DNA of 64,000 nt from Eledone cirrhosa (Eukaryota). Shown piece by piece: positions 15,249-30,870 of the stretch (within the stretch, counting starts at the first letter, position 1; each line of letters opens with the position of its first letter). The stretch is taken from NCBI GenBank assembly GCA_964016885.1, contig OZ024748.1, forward strand, positions 31,496,001 through 31,560,000. Direction: 5' to 3'. The translations under genes were made by a program, and so were the position numbers. The notes under the pieces were generated by a model that saw only the letters and a list, made by a program, of their open reading frames with translations, was not told the origin of the DNA and searched no databases.

Positions 15249-17649
15249 ATGGATTATTACAACATAACCAATTCAACTAAAGACATTCCTATACCTGGTA
15301 AATCGGAATTCACCAAACTTCAAATTGAAAAAACTGACTCCTATGTAAGAAGGCTTAGATGGATAGCTTATTTCTATGACCAGCGCCTAAAAGGGAACTT
15401 CTATACTAAGGAACATAACTTCCTCGATCATCTATTTAATTCTAGAAGAAATCCTCCTTCCAACAAAAATCTAGTGCAATTCGAGGAGGAGTTAACTAAC
15501 ATTATAAAAAATCTTAAATTCAAGAGAAACCCTTACAGAGGACAGGAGCACCTTGTAAATCTCAAGAACACAATTTCAAACCTAAATTCCTCAAAAAATG
15601 TTTTAGTCCACTCTGACAAAACCAATAATTTATATGGTATTTCCAAGGATAACTATAACAGCCTTATCCTAAAGGAACTTATGAAAAAATATCGCAAAAC
15701 CAACCATGCTAATTTAGAATCCATAAACTTTGAAGCTTCTGAGATTATGTCGAAACTTGGCATCGGAAAAAAGACCGAACCATTCCTCCCAAGAACTCCG
15801 AGGATAAATCTCAAGGATCACAAAAACAATTTTCGTACTGAACTACCTGTTAGACTAATCTCCCCCTCTAAATCAGATCTGGGGGTTGTTAGCAAAGCCA
15901 TCTTGGATAGAAGTTCGTTCTAATTGCTCTTCTTTGAACTTAAATTTATGGTTTGGTACTTCTGAAGTGATTGGCTGGTTCAACAAATTGAATAAGAAAA
16001 ATAAACAAAAATGTATTCAATTTGATATTGACAGCTACTATTCTTCTATTTCGCCCTTACTTCTCAACAATGCTCTATCTTTCGCTTACAAATATTCAGA
16101 CATCACCACAGATGAAATTCACATCATTCTCACCGCACGTAAAACTATCCTAGAGTTCAACAATGAATATTGGACCAGAGTTGATACCTCTAACAACTTT
16201 GACATCACAATGGGAGCATCCGATTCATCCCAATTGACAGATTTAATTGGTATCTTTATTTTGAACTCTTTGAATCGGAAAATTCCTCAACTTCGCGGTG
16301 GAATTTATCGTGACGATGGACTCTTTACTATCTTAAATTGCAACATAGTTAACCTTAATATTATTAAGAACAATATACGTAATCTCTTTAACCAACATAA
16401 CTTAAAAATTGAATTTGATAACAGCATCAAACTAGCTAATTTCTTGGATGTATCTCTTAATCTTGACACTGGCCTATATTACCCTTACCATAAAAACAAT
16501 GAGAACCTAAATTATGTTAATTTTAAATCTAACCACCCTACCAATATTAAGAATGCTATAGTTAGTAATATTTGAAAAATAATATCTAACCTATCTTCTA
16601 ATAAAAACATCTTTTATGCTAACGCCAATTACTATAATAACGCGCTTTCTAAAGCTAGTTATCCTGATAAAATCAAATATAGTAAAGAAACAAATTCTAG
16701 AAGATCTTACAGTAGAATAATTAATCATGATCATTCCAATAACTTTAATAAAAGACCTAGATACAAAAACATAATCTGGTATAATGCTCCTTTCTCCATC
16801 TCTATTAATAATAATATTCCTAAATTATTCTTTAGTGCCTTAAATAAATGCTTCCCTCCCTCACATATCTATAGTAAAATATTTAACAAACACACTATAA
16901 AATTTTCCTATTCGACCTCCTCCAATATCTCCAACATTATCTCTAAACACAACAATAAAATACTAAATACTAAATCTCTTCCTTCCAACACTGAATATCA
17001 TAATAATAGTAATAGTACTCCCGACGTCATTGTAAACTCTAGGCTAATTTCTGCAAACCTAAATACAACGTCAAACGCAACTTCGCTAAATGTTCTTAAT
17101 CCCATTCTAAATCAAGAAACTATTATTCCTATCGTAAATAACTTCTCCAATCCTTCTATAGATCACTTGTTCACTTGTTCACTAGGTCACTTGTTAATAA
17201 CTCTGTTAATCTCTCTAATCGCAATTGCCCTGTTAAAAATAAATGTCCTCTCAACAACCATTGTCTTGAAAAAAAACTTAATCTACGAATGTAAAGTTAT
17301 AACTGACACCAATTCCTTTACCTATTTTGGCTCCACTTCCACCTCCTTTAAAGCTCGTCTTTATAATCATCATTCGTCTTTTAAATACCAACTTAAAAGA
17401 ACCAACACGGCACTCTCAGAACTCATATGGTTCTTGAAAGACAAAAATATTAACTATAACATCTCTTGGAAGAAGGTTTGTTCTGCTTCTCCATACTTGA
17501 ACAGTTCTCTCTCCAAGACATGCAATCTCTGTTTATGTGAACAATTTACCATTATATCTAATTTAGATTCTATAATAAATAGACGCACTGACTTGTTTTC
17601 TCTCTGCTTGCATAAATTCCACAGAACATTCCATAAAGTATACAGCTAA
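15249..17649 (+). pseudogene. Disrupted PLE RT/GIY-YIG ORF
   Basis: LKDHK, FDIDSYY, MGASDS, YRDDG, FLDV, IYEC..YFGST; frameshift ~15910, stop 16573-16575, further shifts ~17165-17275 relative to intact A2. Confidence 0.92.
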
Positions 17650-18678
17650 TATCTAATACTTTATCAATTTAAAATCGTTTTCTCAAAGGCACATATATAT
17701 ATATACATATATATTTCTTTAAAAATATACCCATCTTTCTACCTTATTTCAATGTTATTTATTATACATTATATAATACTAGTTACTCATTCTATATCAC
17801 TCCTATTTTCTCACTTCCCTTCTTTCTTTTTTCCTTTTTTCTTTTTCTTTTAATTTCTAACCCCTAATCTGTACCTTTTCTTCCTAGATACTTCTCAATT
17901 ATCATTGTGCCTAATGTAGAAACAATTATTACACAGCACAATATATTCTTACTTTATATCACCTTGAAAAAATCCTTCGTAAACATTAAAAATTTTTTAA
18001 ACAGTAAATATTTTTTAAACAGTAAAAATTTTTTAAACAGTAAAAATTTTTTGACATTAGATTATTCATCCTCAATTCATTATTTTTTTCTCCCTTTCAT
18101 GCTCATCTAACTTATACATATTACACTTATTCATCCAATCTTCTACTTCTTTCACAATATATCCTTACTTACATTACTATTGCTATATTTTTATATTTTT
18201 TTAATAATATATATCAACAATTTATTTCCATCCCACATATTATTACACCCTTAAATATTATTCTTAATACATATTAACAATTTCTTTTCATCGCACATAT
18301 TATTAAACCCTTAAATATACAAACCTTAACTTAACATTATTCTAAATTTTTCTCTTCGTTAATTTTCAAATTCTTTTAATTTATATATTATCTTCCAACG
18401 GTTTTTCAACCTCTCTATGTAAAACAATATATTTTTCTGTTATAAAGGCTATCTCTCTCTCTCTATCACCCGTCTCTCCTCCTATCTCATCCTTCCTCAT
18501 GATACTCCTCCCCCTCCACTTTTTACTCTCATCTCCTCCTCTTTTTCATCATCGCCCCGCCACCCTCAACATTTTTTGTCTCCCCCAATATCACACATCA
18601 ATCTAAAACTACTTTTCATATGTTGATTTAAAACTGCACTATTCACAAGTGTGTTTTAACCTTCATATCATGTCTCCC

Positions 18679-18749
18679 TATTTTATCTGACGAAAACACA
18701 AATGTTATTGCATGATGATATTTGTTTGTGAAATGCGCATAATAAAATA
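18679..18749 (+). ncRNA. Type I hammerhead ribozyme in PLE A pseudo-LTR (other copies 10381-10451 -, 14972-15042 +, 35426-35496 -, 39356-39426 -, 39818-39888 +)
   Basis: TATTTTAT-CTGACGA-[long helix II]-GAAA-TGCGCA-TA-ATAAAATA; 8-bp helix I, palindromic helix III. Confidence 0.85.
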
Positions 18750-18887
18750 CATGGAACTCTTTTAACCATCTTTTGAACTTATATATTATTTATACTCCAG
18801 TCCTACAAACTGTAGAGTGCTACTTATCCGATATCTGCTGCATTGCTTTATTGTCCTACAATAAAACTCACCTCCTACATATATATG

Positions 18888-18941
<54 letters not shown>

Positions 18942-18988
18942 TGTATATATATATATATATACATATATGTATATATATATGTATATAA

Positions 18989-19056
<68 letters not shown>

Positions 19057-19071
19057 GTATATATATATATA

Positions 19072-19196
<125 letters not shown>

Positions 19197-21885
19197 GATT
19201 AAGTTAAAGTGTACATCTACATATGTATACGGAAGTATTAGTATGCATATAAATACACACATGTATACATATGTACATGTACTCAGCTTTTCACTAGACA
19301 CTTTACAGTGAGTGTCAGCTAGTCTGTATGTAACCATACAGGCGGACGGGGTTTTAGAGTCATACGAGTTTTCAAGGAAACACATTTCCTCTATTCTCCA
19401 GAGGGCCAGACAGGAATATTGGACTAGTTTCGATGTTATTACATCTCATCAGCAATATTTACCCATCTTCCGGCTTCTCTGGAGAATTGTAAAAGCACAT
19501 ATCGTTATATGCTTTTTCTATGAAAATTAGTAGTGGGTAGACTAATTTGCATAGAACGTGAGTCATTGTACGCACCGGTTCAGCGGAAACGATAAAAACA
19601 AATAACGAAACGAAATTAAATTTCGTTTCGCTTCTAACTCACTTTTGTATGACTGACGCTTAGACAATTAAGTTAAAGTGTACATCTACATATGCATACG
19701 GAAGTATTAGTATGCATATAAATACACACATGTATACATATGTACATGTACTCAGCTTTTCACTAGACACTTTACAGTGAGTGTCAGCTAGTCTGTATGT
19801 AACCGTACAGGCGGACCGGGTATTAGAGTCATACGAGTTTTCAAGGAAACACATTTCCTCTATTCTCCAGAGGGCCAGACAGGAATATTGGACTAGTTTC
19901 GATGTTATTACATCTCATCAGCAATATTTACCCATCTTCCGGCTTCTCTGGAGAATTGTAAAAGCACATATCGTTATATGCTTTTTCTATGAAAATTAGT
20001 AGTGGGTAGACTAATTTGCATAGAACGTGAGTCATTGTACGCACCGGTTCAGCGGAAACGATAAAAACAAATAACGAAACGAAATTAAATTTCGTTTCGC
20101 TTCTAACTCACTTTTGTATGACTGACGCTTAAACAATTAAGTTAAAGTGTACATCTACATATGTATACGGAAGTATTAGTATGCATATAAATACACACAT
20201 GTATACATATGTACATGTACTCAGCTTTTCACTAGACACTTTACAGTGAGTGTCAGCTAATCTGTATGTAACCATACAGGCGGACCGGGTTTTAGAGTCA
20301 TACGAGTTTTCAAGGAAACACATTTCCTCTATTCTCCAGAGGGCCAGACAGGAATATTGGACTAGTTTCGATGTTATTACATCTCATCAGCAATATTTAC
20401 CCATCTTCCGGCTTCTCTGGAGAATTGTAAAAGCACATATCGTTATATGCTTTTTCTATGAAAATTAGTAGTGGGTAGACTAATTTGCATAGAACGTGAG
20501 TCATTGTACGCACCGGTTCAGCGGAAACGATAAAAACAAATAACGAAACGAAATTAAATTTCGTTTCGCTTCTAACTCACTTTTGTATGACTGACGCTTA
20601 AACAATTAAGTTAAAGTGTACATCTACATATGCATACGGAAGTATTAGTATGCATATAAATACACACATGTATACATATGTACATGTACTCAGCTTTTCA
20701 CTAGACACTTTACAGTGAGTGTCAGCTAGTCTGTATGTAACCATACAGGCGGACCGGGTTTTAGAGTCATACGAGTTTTCAAGGAAACACATTTCCTCTA
20801 TTCTCCAGAGGGCCAGACAGGAATATTGGACTAGTTTCGATGTTATTACATCTCATCAGCAATATTTACCCATCTTCCGGCTTCTCTGGAGAATTGTAAA
20901 AGCACAGATCGTTATATGCTTTTTCTATGAAAATTAGTAGTGGGTAGACTAATTTGCATAGAACGTGAGTCATTGTACGCACCGGTTCAGCGGAAACGAT
21001 AAAAACAAATAACGAAACGAAATTAAATTTCGTTTCGCTTCTAACTCACTTTTGTATGACTGAAGCCGGAAGATGGGTAAATATTGCTGATGAGATGTAA
21101 TAACATCGAAACTAGTCCAATATACCTGTCTGGCCCTCTGGAGAATAGAGGAAATGTGTTTCCTTGAAAACTCGTATGACTCTAAAACCCGGTCCGCCTG
21201 TATGGTTACATACAGACTAGCTGACACTCACTGTAAAGTGTCTAGTGAAAAGCTGAGTACATGTACATATGTATACATGTGTGTATTTATATGCATACTA
21301 ATACTTCCGTATACATATGTAGATGTACACTTTAACTTAATTGTTTAAGCGTCAGTCATACAAAAGTGAGTTAGAAGCGAAACGAAATTTAATTTCGTTT
21401 CGTTATTTGTTTTTATCGTTTCCGCTGAACCGGTGCGTACAATGACTCACGTTCTATGCAAATTAGTCTACCCACTACTAATTTTCATAGAAAAAGCATA
21501 TAACGATATGTGCTTTTACAATTCTCCAGAGAAGCTGGAAGATGGGTAAATATTGCTGATGAGATGTAATAACATCGAAACTAGTCCAATATTCCTGTCT
21601 GGCCCTCTGGAGAATAGAGGAAATGTGTTTCCTTGAAAACTCGTATCACTCTAAAACCCGGTCCGCCTGTATGGTTACATACAGACTAGCTGACACTCAC
21701 TGTAAAGTGTCTAGTGAAAAGCTGAGTACATGTACATATGTATACATGTGTGTATTTATATGCATACTAATACTTCCGTATACATATGTAGATGTACACT
21801 TTAACTTAATTGTTTAAGCGTCAGTCATACAAAAGTGAGTTAGAAGCGAAACGAAATTTAATTTCGTTTCGTTATTTGTTTTTAT
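19197..21885. repeat. Family E: 469-bp tandem repeat with one hammerhead per unit (4 units, then ~1.75 inverted units)
   Basis: Exact 469 period; inversion at ~21063; hammerheads at 19415, 19884, 20353, 20822 (-) and 21080, 21549 (+). Confidence 0.95.
21549..21593 (+). ncRNA. Canonical minimal type I hammerhead ribozyme (family E representative)
   Basis: AATATTG-CTGATGA-GATGT(AATA)ACATC-GAAA-CTAG-TC-CAATATT; perfect helices I and II, GUC triplet. Confidence 0.93.
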
Positions 21886-21960
21886 ATATATATGTATATA
21901 TATATATATATATGTATATATAAATATATATATGTATATATATATGTATATATATATATG

Positions 21961-22252
<292 letters not shown>

Positions 22253-22255
22253 TAT

Positions 22256-24811
<2,556 letters not shown>

Positions 24812-24838
24812 GTATATATATATGTATATATATATAAG

Positions 24839-24891
<53 letters not shown>

Positions 24892-24896
24892 GTATA

Positions 24897-24940
<44 letters not shown>

Positions 24941-25218
24941 GGCTGCTCAGCCGTTAATTTTCATAAGGAAAGTATATACTTTCGAACGTTCAACTATCTG
25001 GCAGATGGGTAAACGGTGCTGATGATAGCTAACAAGCTTGAAACTAGTACATCGTTCCTGTGTCAGTGTTGAACAAAAAGGTGACGTGGTTGCCTTAACA
25101 CCGTATGGCATAAATTCAGGCTGTTCGCTTTGTTGACAAACAAACGAACAAAGCGGCCGGCGTTATAATAAACGTAGGCTAAACTGATGCGTGCATATAT
25201 GTATGTATACCTGTATGC

Positions 25219-25292
<74 letters not shown>

Positions 25293-25753
25293 ATATATAT
25301 ATATATGTGCATGCTACTGTACGTCTGTATACATATATGTATGTACGTATACATACATACTTACATTTAAGTAAGTGCCATACTAAGAGTGAGAAATGAA
25401 ATTTCGTTTTCATTTTTTTTCAACTAATCGTTTTCGGTATGCCTGACCGATTTAACTCACTCAATATGCAAATTAGGCTGCTCAGCCGTTAATTTTCATA
25501 AGGAAAGTATATACTTTCGAACGTTCAACTATCTGGCAGATGGGTAAACGGTGCTGATGATAGCTAACAAGCTTGAAACTAGTACATCGTTCCTGTGTCA
25601 GTGTTGAACAAAAAGGTGACGTGGTTGCCTTAACACCGTATGGCATAAATTCAGGCTGTTCGCTTTGTTGACAAACAAACGAACAAAGCGGCCGGCGTTA
25701 TAATAAACGTAGGCTAAACTGATGCGTGCATATATTTATGTGTACATGTATGC

Positions 25754-25825
<72 letters not shown>

Positions 25826-26272
25826 GTGCATGCTACTGTACGTCTGTATACATATATGTATGTACGTATACATACATACTTACATTTAAGTAAGTGCCAT
25901 ACTAAGAGTGAGAAATGAAATTTCGTTTTCATTTTTTTTCAACTAATCGTTTTCGGTATGCCTGACCGATTTAACTCACTCAATATGCAAATTAGGCTGC
26001 TCAGCCGTTAATTTTCATAAGGAAAGTATATACTTTCGAACGTTCAACTATCTGGCAGATGGGTAAACGGTGCTGATGATAGCTAACAAGCTTGAAACTA
26101 GTACATCGTTCCTGTGTCAGTGTTGAACAAAAAGGTGACGTGGTTGCCTTAACACCGTATGGCATAAATTCAGGCTGTTCGCTTTGTTGACAAACAAACG
26201 AACAAAGCGGCCGGCGTTATAATAAACGTAGGCTAAACTGATGCGTGCATATATGTATGTGTACCTGTATGC

Positions 26273-26312
<40 letters not shown>

Positions 26313-26774
26313 ATATATATATATATGTGCATGCTACTGTACGTCTGTATACATATATGTATGTACGTATACATACATACTTACATTTAAGTAAGTGCCA
26401 TACTAAGAGTGAGAAATGAAATTTCGTTTTCATTTTTTTTTCAACTAATCGTTTTCGGTATGCCTGACCGATTTAACTCACTCAATATGCAAATTAGGCT
26501 GCTCAGCCGTTAATTTTCATAAGGAAAGTATATACTTTCGAACGTTCAACTATCTGGCAGATGGGTAAACGGTGCTGATGATAGCTAACAAGCTTGAAAC
26601 TAGTACATCGTTCCTGTGTCAGTGTTGAACAAAAAGGTGATGTGGTTGCCTTAACACCGTATGGCATAAATTCAGGCTGTTCGCTTTGTTGACAAACAAA
26701 CGAACAAAGCGGCCGGCGTTATAATAAACGTATTCTAAACTGATGCGTGCATATATGTATGTGTACCTGTATGC

Positions 26775-26873
<99 letters not shown>

Positions 26874-27318
26874 CATGCTACTGTACGTCTGTATACATAT
26901 ATGTATGTACGTATACATACATACTTACATTTAAGTAAGTGCCATACTAAGAGTGAGAAATGAAATTTCGTTTTCATTTTTTTTTCAACTAATCGTTTTC
27001 GGTATGCCTGACCGATTTAACTCACTCAATATGCAAATTAGGCTGCTCAGCCGTTAATTTTCATAAGGAAAGTATATACTTTCGAACGTTCAACTATCTG
27101 GCAGATGGGTAAACGGTGCTGATGATAGCTAACAAGCTTGAAACTAGTACATCGTTCCTGTGTCAGTGTTGAACAAAAAGGTGACGTGGTTGCCTTAACA
27201 CCGTATGGCATAAATTCAGGCTGTTCGCTTTGTTGACAAACAAACGAACAAAGCGGCCGGCGTTATAATAAAAGTAGGCTAAACTGATGCGTGCATATAT
27301 GTATGTGTACCTGTATGC

Positions 27319-27360
<42 letters not shown>

Positions 27361-27432
27361 ATATATATATATATATGTGCATGCTACTGTACGTCTGTAT
27401 ACATATATGTATGTACGTATACATACATACTT
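24941..27432 (+). repeat. Family D tandem array, ~5 units of 502-544 bp, each with a hammerhead and an internal (TA)n
   Basis: Hammerheads start at 25012, 25547, 26066, 26568, 27112; length variation is almost all in the internal TA tract. Confidence 0.95.
25547..25591 (+). ncRNA. Minimal type I hammerhead ribozyme (family D representative)
   Basis: AACGGTG-CTGATGA-tAGCT(AACA)AGCTt-GAAA-CTAG-TA-CATCGTT; 7-bp helix I with one G.U, GUA triplet. Confidence 0.88.
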
Positions 27433-27449
27433 ATATATATATATATATC

Positions 27450-27528
<79 letters not shown>

Positions 27529-27551
27529 ATATATATATGTATATATATATG

Positions 27552-27842
<291 letters not shown>

Positions 27843-27907
27843 TCTTTTACCTGTTTTAGCCACCCGGCTGAGGCCATGCTGGGGCACCGCCCTTGTTGCT
27901 ACACATT

Positions 27908-30870
27908 TTATCTCCAGCCTGTATAGGATGGCCACTGGTGTAAGAGGGAGTTTGTTGCTGCAGCTCTTACCTTTCCCTCGTGTCTTGCTGTGGGCTCATC
28001 CGGGATCCTGGATAACAAGGTGTCGAGATGTTTCTTGAAGACATCCACCTTCACGTCATGCAAATCTCTCAGATCCCTCGGCAGCCTGTTGAAGAGTTGA
28101 GGGCCCTTGAATCCCAGTCTATTGCAATACCTGCTCCTTATTCTAGATGTGGAAGACGGGACCTTTGGCACCACACAATGACGTCCTGTTCGACGGTTGG
28201 TCCAGCTCCCAATGCCAAAGTGTGGTGCTAGTCCCTCCAGGATTTTCCACATGTAGATCACTGCGTATCTCTCCCGTCTTCGCTCCAAGGAATAGAGGTT
28301 CAGTTCCTTTAGCCTCTCCCAGTAGCTTGTCTCCCTCATCTTGGCAATCCTCTTGGTGTAGCTTCGCTGGATTGCCTCAAACTCCGTGGTTAGTTTGACA
28401 CTATGGGGTGACCACAACTGGGAGCAGTTGTCCAGGCGGCTTAGGACAAATGTCCTCCATAGTGTCAACATGGTGTCTCGATCTCTTGTCCGGAAAGTCC
28501 TCAAGATCCAGCCAGCGAGTCGTCTGCACATTGTCGCCACTTTCATGATGTGTGAAGAAAAAGATGCATCATCGCTAATGTCTATGCCCAGGTCTCGTAT
28601 CGATTTTAACACGGGGATATCGGTCGGTCCTGATCCTGTGTTGTTGTGTTCCACTATATTTGTGTTTGCAGGTTTGTTTGGAGGTTTCTATTGTAGGGCT
28701 TGGAATTTGCCAGCATTAAACTGCATGTTGTTTTCTTCCGCCCATTTGTATATGGCATCCAGATCCTGCTGTAAAAGAGCAGCGCCAGCCGGGTTTTTGA
28801 TTGCCTGTGCTACCTTAGTGTCATCAGCATAGCTAGTGAGGTATGTTGTCGTATGTACTACAGAGGGCATGTCTGAGAGAGCCACCAAAAACAGTAGTGG
28901 TCCCAGGACTGTCCCCTGAGGCACCCCACTTGTTATTGGTGTTTGCTTTGAGAGGGTCCCATTTGATGCGACTGCCTGGCTTCTGTCCCTTAGGAAGCCA
29001 TGCAGCCACTCACCTACTTTTCCAGTTATGCCGAGTCCATATCATTCCGTGGGCGACCTTGTCAAAGGCCTTCGCAAAGTCAAGATATATCACGTCCGCA
29101 TGTGAGCTGTCTAGTAGTTGTCTCAGTACCCAGTCGTAGTGATGTAGCAGCTGTGTAAGGCAGCTTCTTCCTGGGTGGAAGCCATGTTGCATGCTAGTCA
29201 GGCGGTATTTTTCCTCGAGGAAAGTGATCAGTTTCTTTCTGACGACTCGCTCCATGACCTTACTGATATGCGACGTCAGGGAGACTGGCCTATAGTCTTT
29301 GGCCTCCGCTCTGCTACATCCTTTATGGATAGGGCATATTATGCCTTCTTTCAGCTCCCTGGGTAGTACACCGCTAGCCAAGGAGCTTCTGAAGAGCATC
29401 TTCAGTGGAGTTGCTAAGGCCCGCTTACATATTTTTAAGAGAACTGCTGCGAATCCATCAGGTCCAGCAGCCGAGTCTGTTCTAATTTCATCAATGGCGT
29501 ACACCACATCCTCCTCCGTTATGTCTATGTGGTTGATGGTTGCCATTTCTTCATGTAGTGTTGTGGCACCAAAGAACTCCTCTGGCTTCGTTATTTGCAT
29601 GTGCCTCAGTGGAAATGTGAACACACTTTTGTACTGTTCGTTCAGTATTTCACATATCTCTTGGGGGTTTTCGGTTGATGAACCGTCCGTATGGAAGAGT
29701 GGCCCAATCTTGCAGTTTACTGTGCCAGTTTCTTTTGCAAATTTAAAGAAGGCTTTAGGGTTTGTTTTAATGTTTTCTATGGCCCGATTCTCTTTCTTTG
29801 CCCTCTCATTCTCATGGGAAAGCTTGAGTGCAATCTCGGTGCCAAGTAATGCACATTTCAAATAGGATTCCTTCTTGTTTTTGTTTTGTTGACTATTCAA
29901 CTGGTTTGAGAGTTTAGTTCTACGTCTCATAAGGATTTTCCTATCTCTGGGAATAAAATTTTTGAGTCTGTTTGCCTTGTTCTCCGGGACCAACTTTTTG
30001 CATATAGTGTGTATCGTTGTCATGAAGTGTTGAAATTGTGTGTTTGTGTCTTGTGTGGCGGTGTTTTCACTCCATGATTGCTTCCGGATTTCTCTCTTAA
30101 TCTTTTTCCAGTTAGCCTTGTAGAAGTTAAGGCTGGATAACGTCCCGGAGCTTCTTAGTGGTTTTGTCTCTGTTGGTTCTCTTGGACCACATATCATTAG
30201 CTCTACTAAGTTATGATCCGAGAGAATTGTTGGTGTCACCTTTACATTGTGGATGAACACTTCGTTGTTTGTAAAACAGAGGTCCAGGACATTTTCGCCT
30301 CTTGTTGGAAGGAGTATTGCATGGACAGCCTGTGTGTGAGGGCCAGCAGGGATTCCGTCTGTCTCTGTTCTATTGACGTCATTCCAGGGAGGAGGTGGCC
30401 CTCAGGCCATTTGACCTTTGGTAGGTTGAAGTCTCCCAGCAGTAGAATGTTGAGACCCTGGTCCAGTTTGTCAAGGACCTCTTCTATCCTACTTAGGCTA
30501 TCCTCAAATTTACCCTCATGACTGGGGCATCGGGCGGCCGATATGTGACACATATTACTGTCTGTAGTTGCTTCATATGTACTATCAGTGTGTCACAGAC
30601 TGAGTTTGAATGTGTCAACAGTACAATTGGTGTGACATCTTCACGGATATACAGAGCAACCCCACCATGAGTTCTCTCCTTCCTGTCCGAACGAAATACA
30701 GTATATTTCGGTATATGTATTTCTGCATCTGCTATACTACTTGTCAGGTGCGTTTCGGTTAGTGCCATGCATAGTGCTTGATTGCTTATGGCTAAGTCTC
30801 CCAGGTAGGAAATTTTACTCATGTTACTGAGTTTCACCAGGCCTCTGGCATTCAGCAGCAGCACTGGTGT
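27908..30870 (-). pseudogene. LINE ORF2 (APE endonuclease + RT) broken by several frameshifts/stops
   Basis: LNARGL, LTETHL, GGVALYI, YRPP, LGDFNLP, SDHN, AAGPDG, YRPVSLTS, QHGF, YLDFAKAFDKV, PQGTVLGP, YADDTK, RDLGI, SLERRR across six ORF fragments. Confidence 0.92.

Larger units (their letters stand above)
14898..18880 (+). mobile_element. Full-length PLE A1 (Hydra-clade-like) with direct pseudo-LTRs
   Basis: Direct repeats ~14898-15170 and ~18605-18880 flanking an RT + GIY-YIG region; both ends in (TA)n. Confidence 0.93.

Noticed and set aside
16573-16575. In-frame TGA in PLE A1 as possible selenocysteine (as in Naiad PLEs)
   Set aside because: Aligns to a Gly (GGA) codon in intact A2, the copy has other frameshifts, and the endonuclease is C-terminal, unlike Naiads
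19312-21817. Repeated 64-72 aa ORFs in family E (and similar ones in D)
   Set aside because: By-products of tandem repetition, mostly non-ATG or short, with no motif and no frame shared between D and E; conservation is explained by RNA structure
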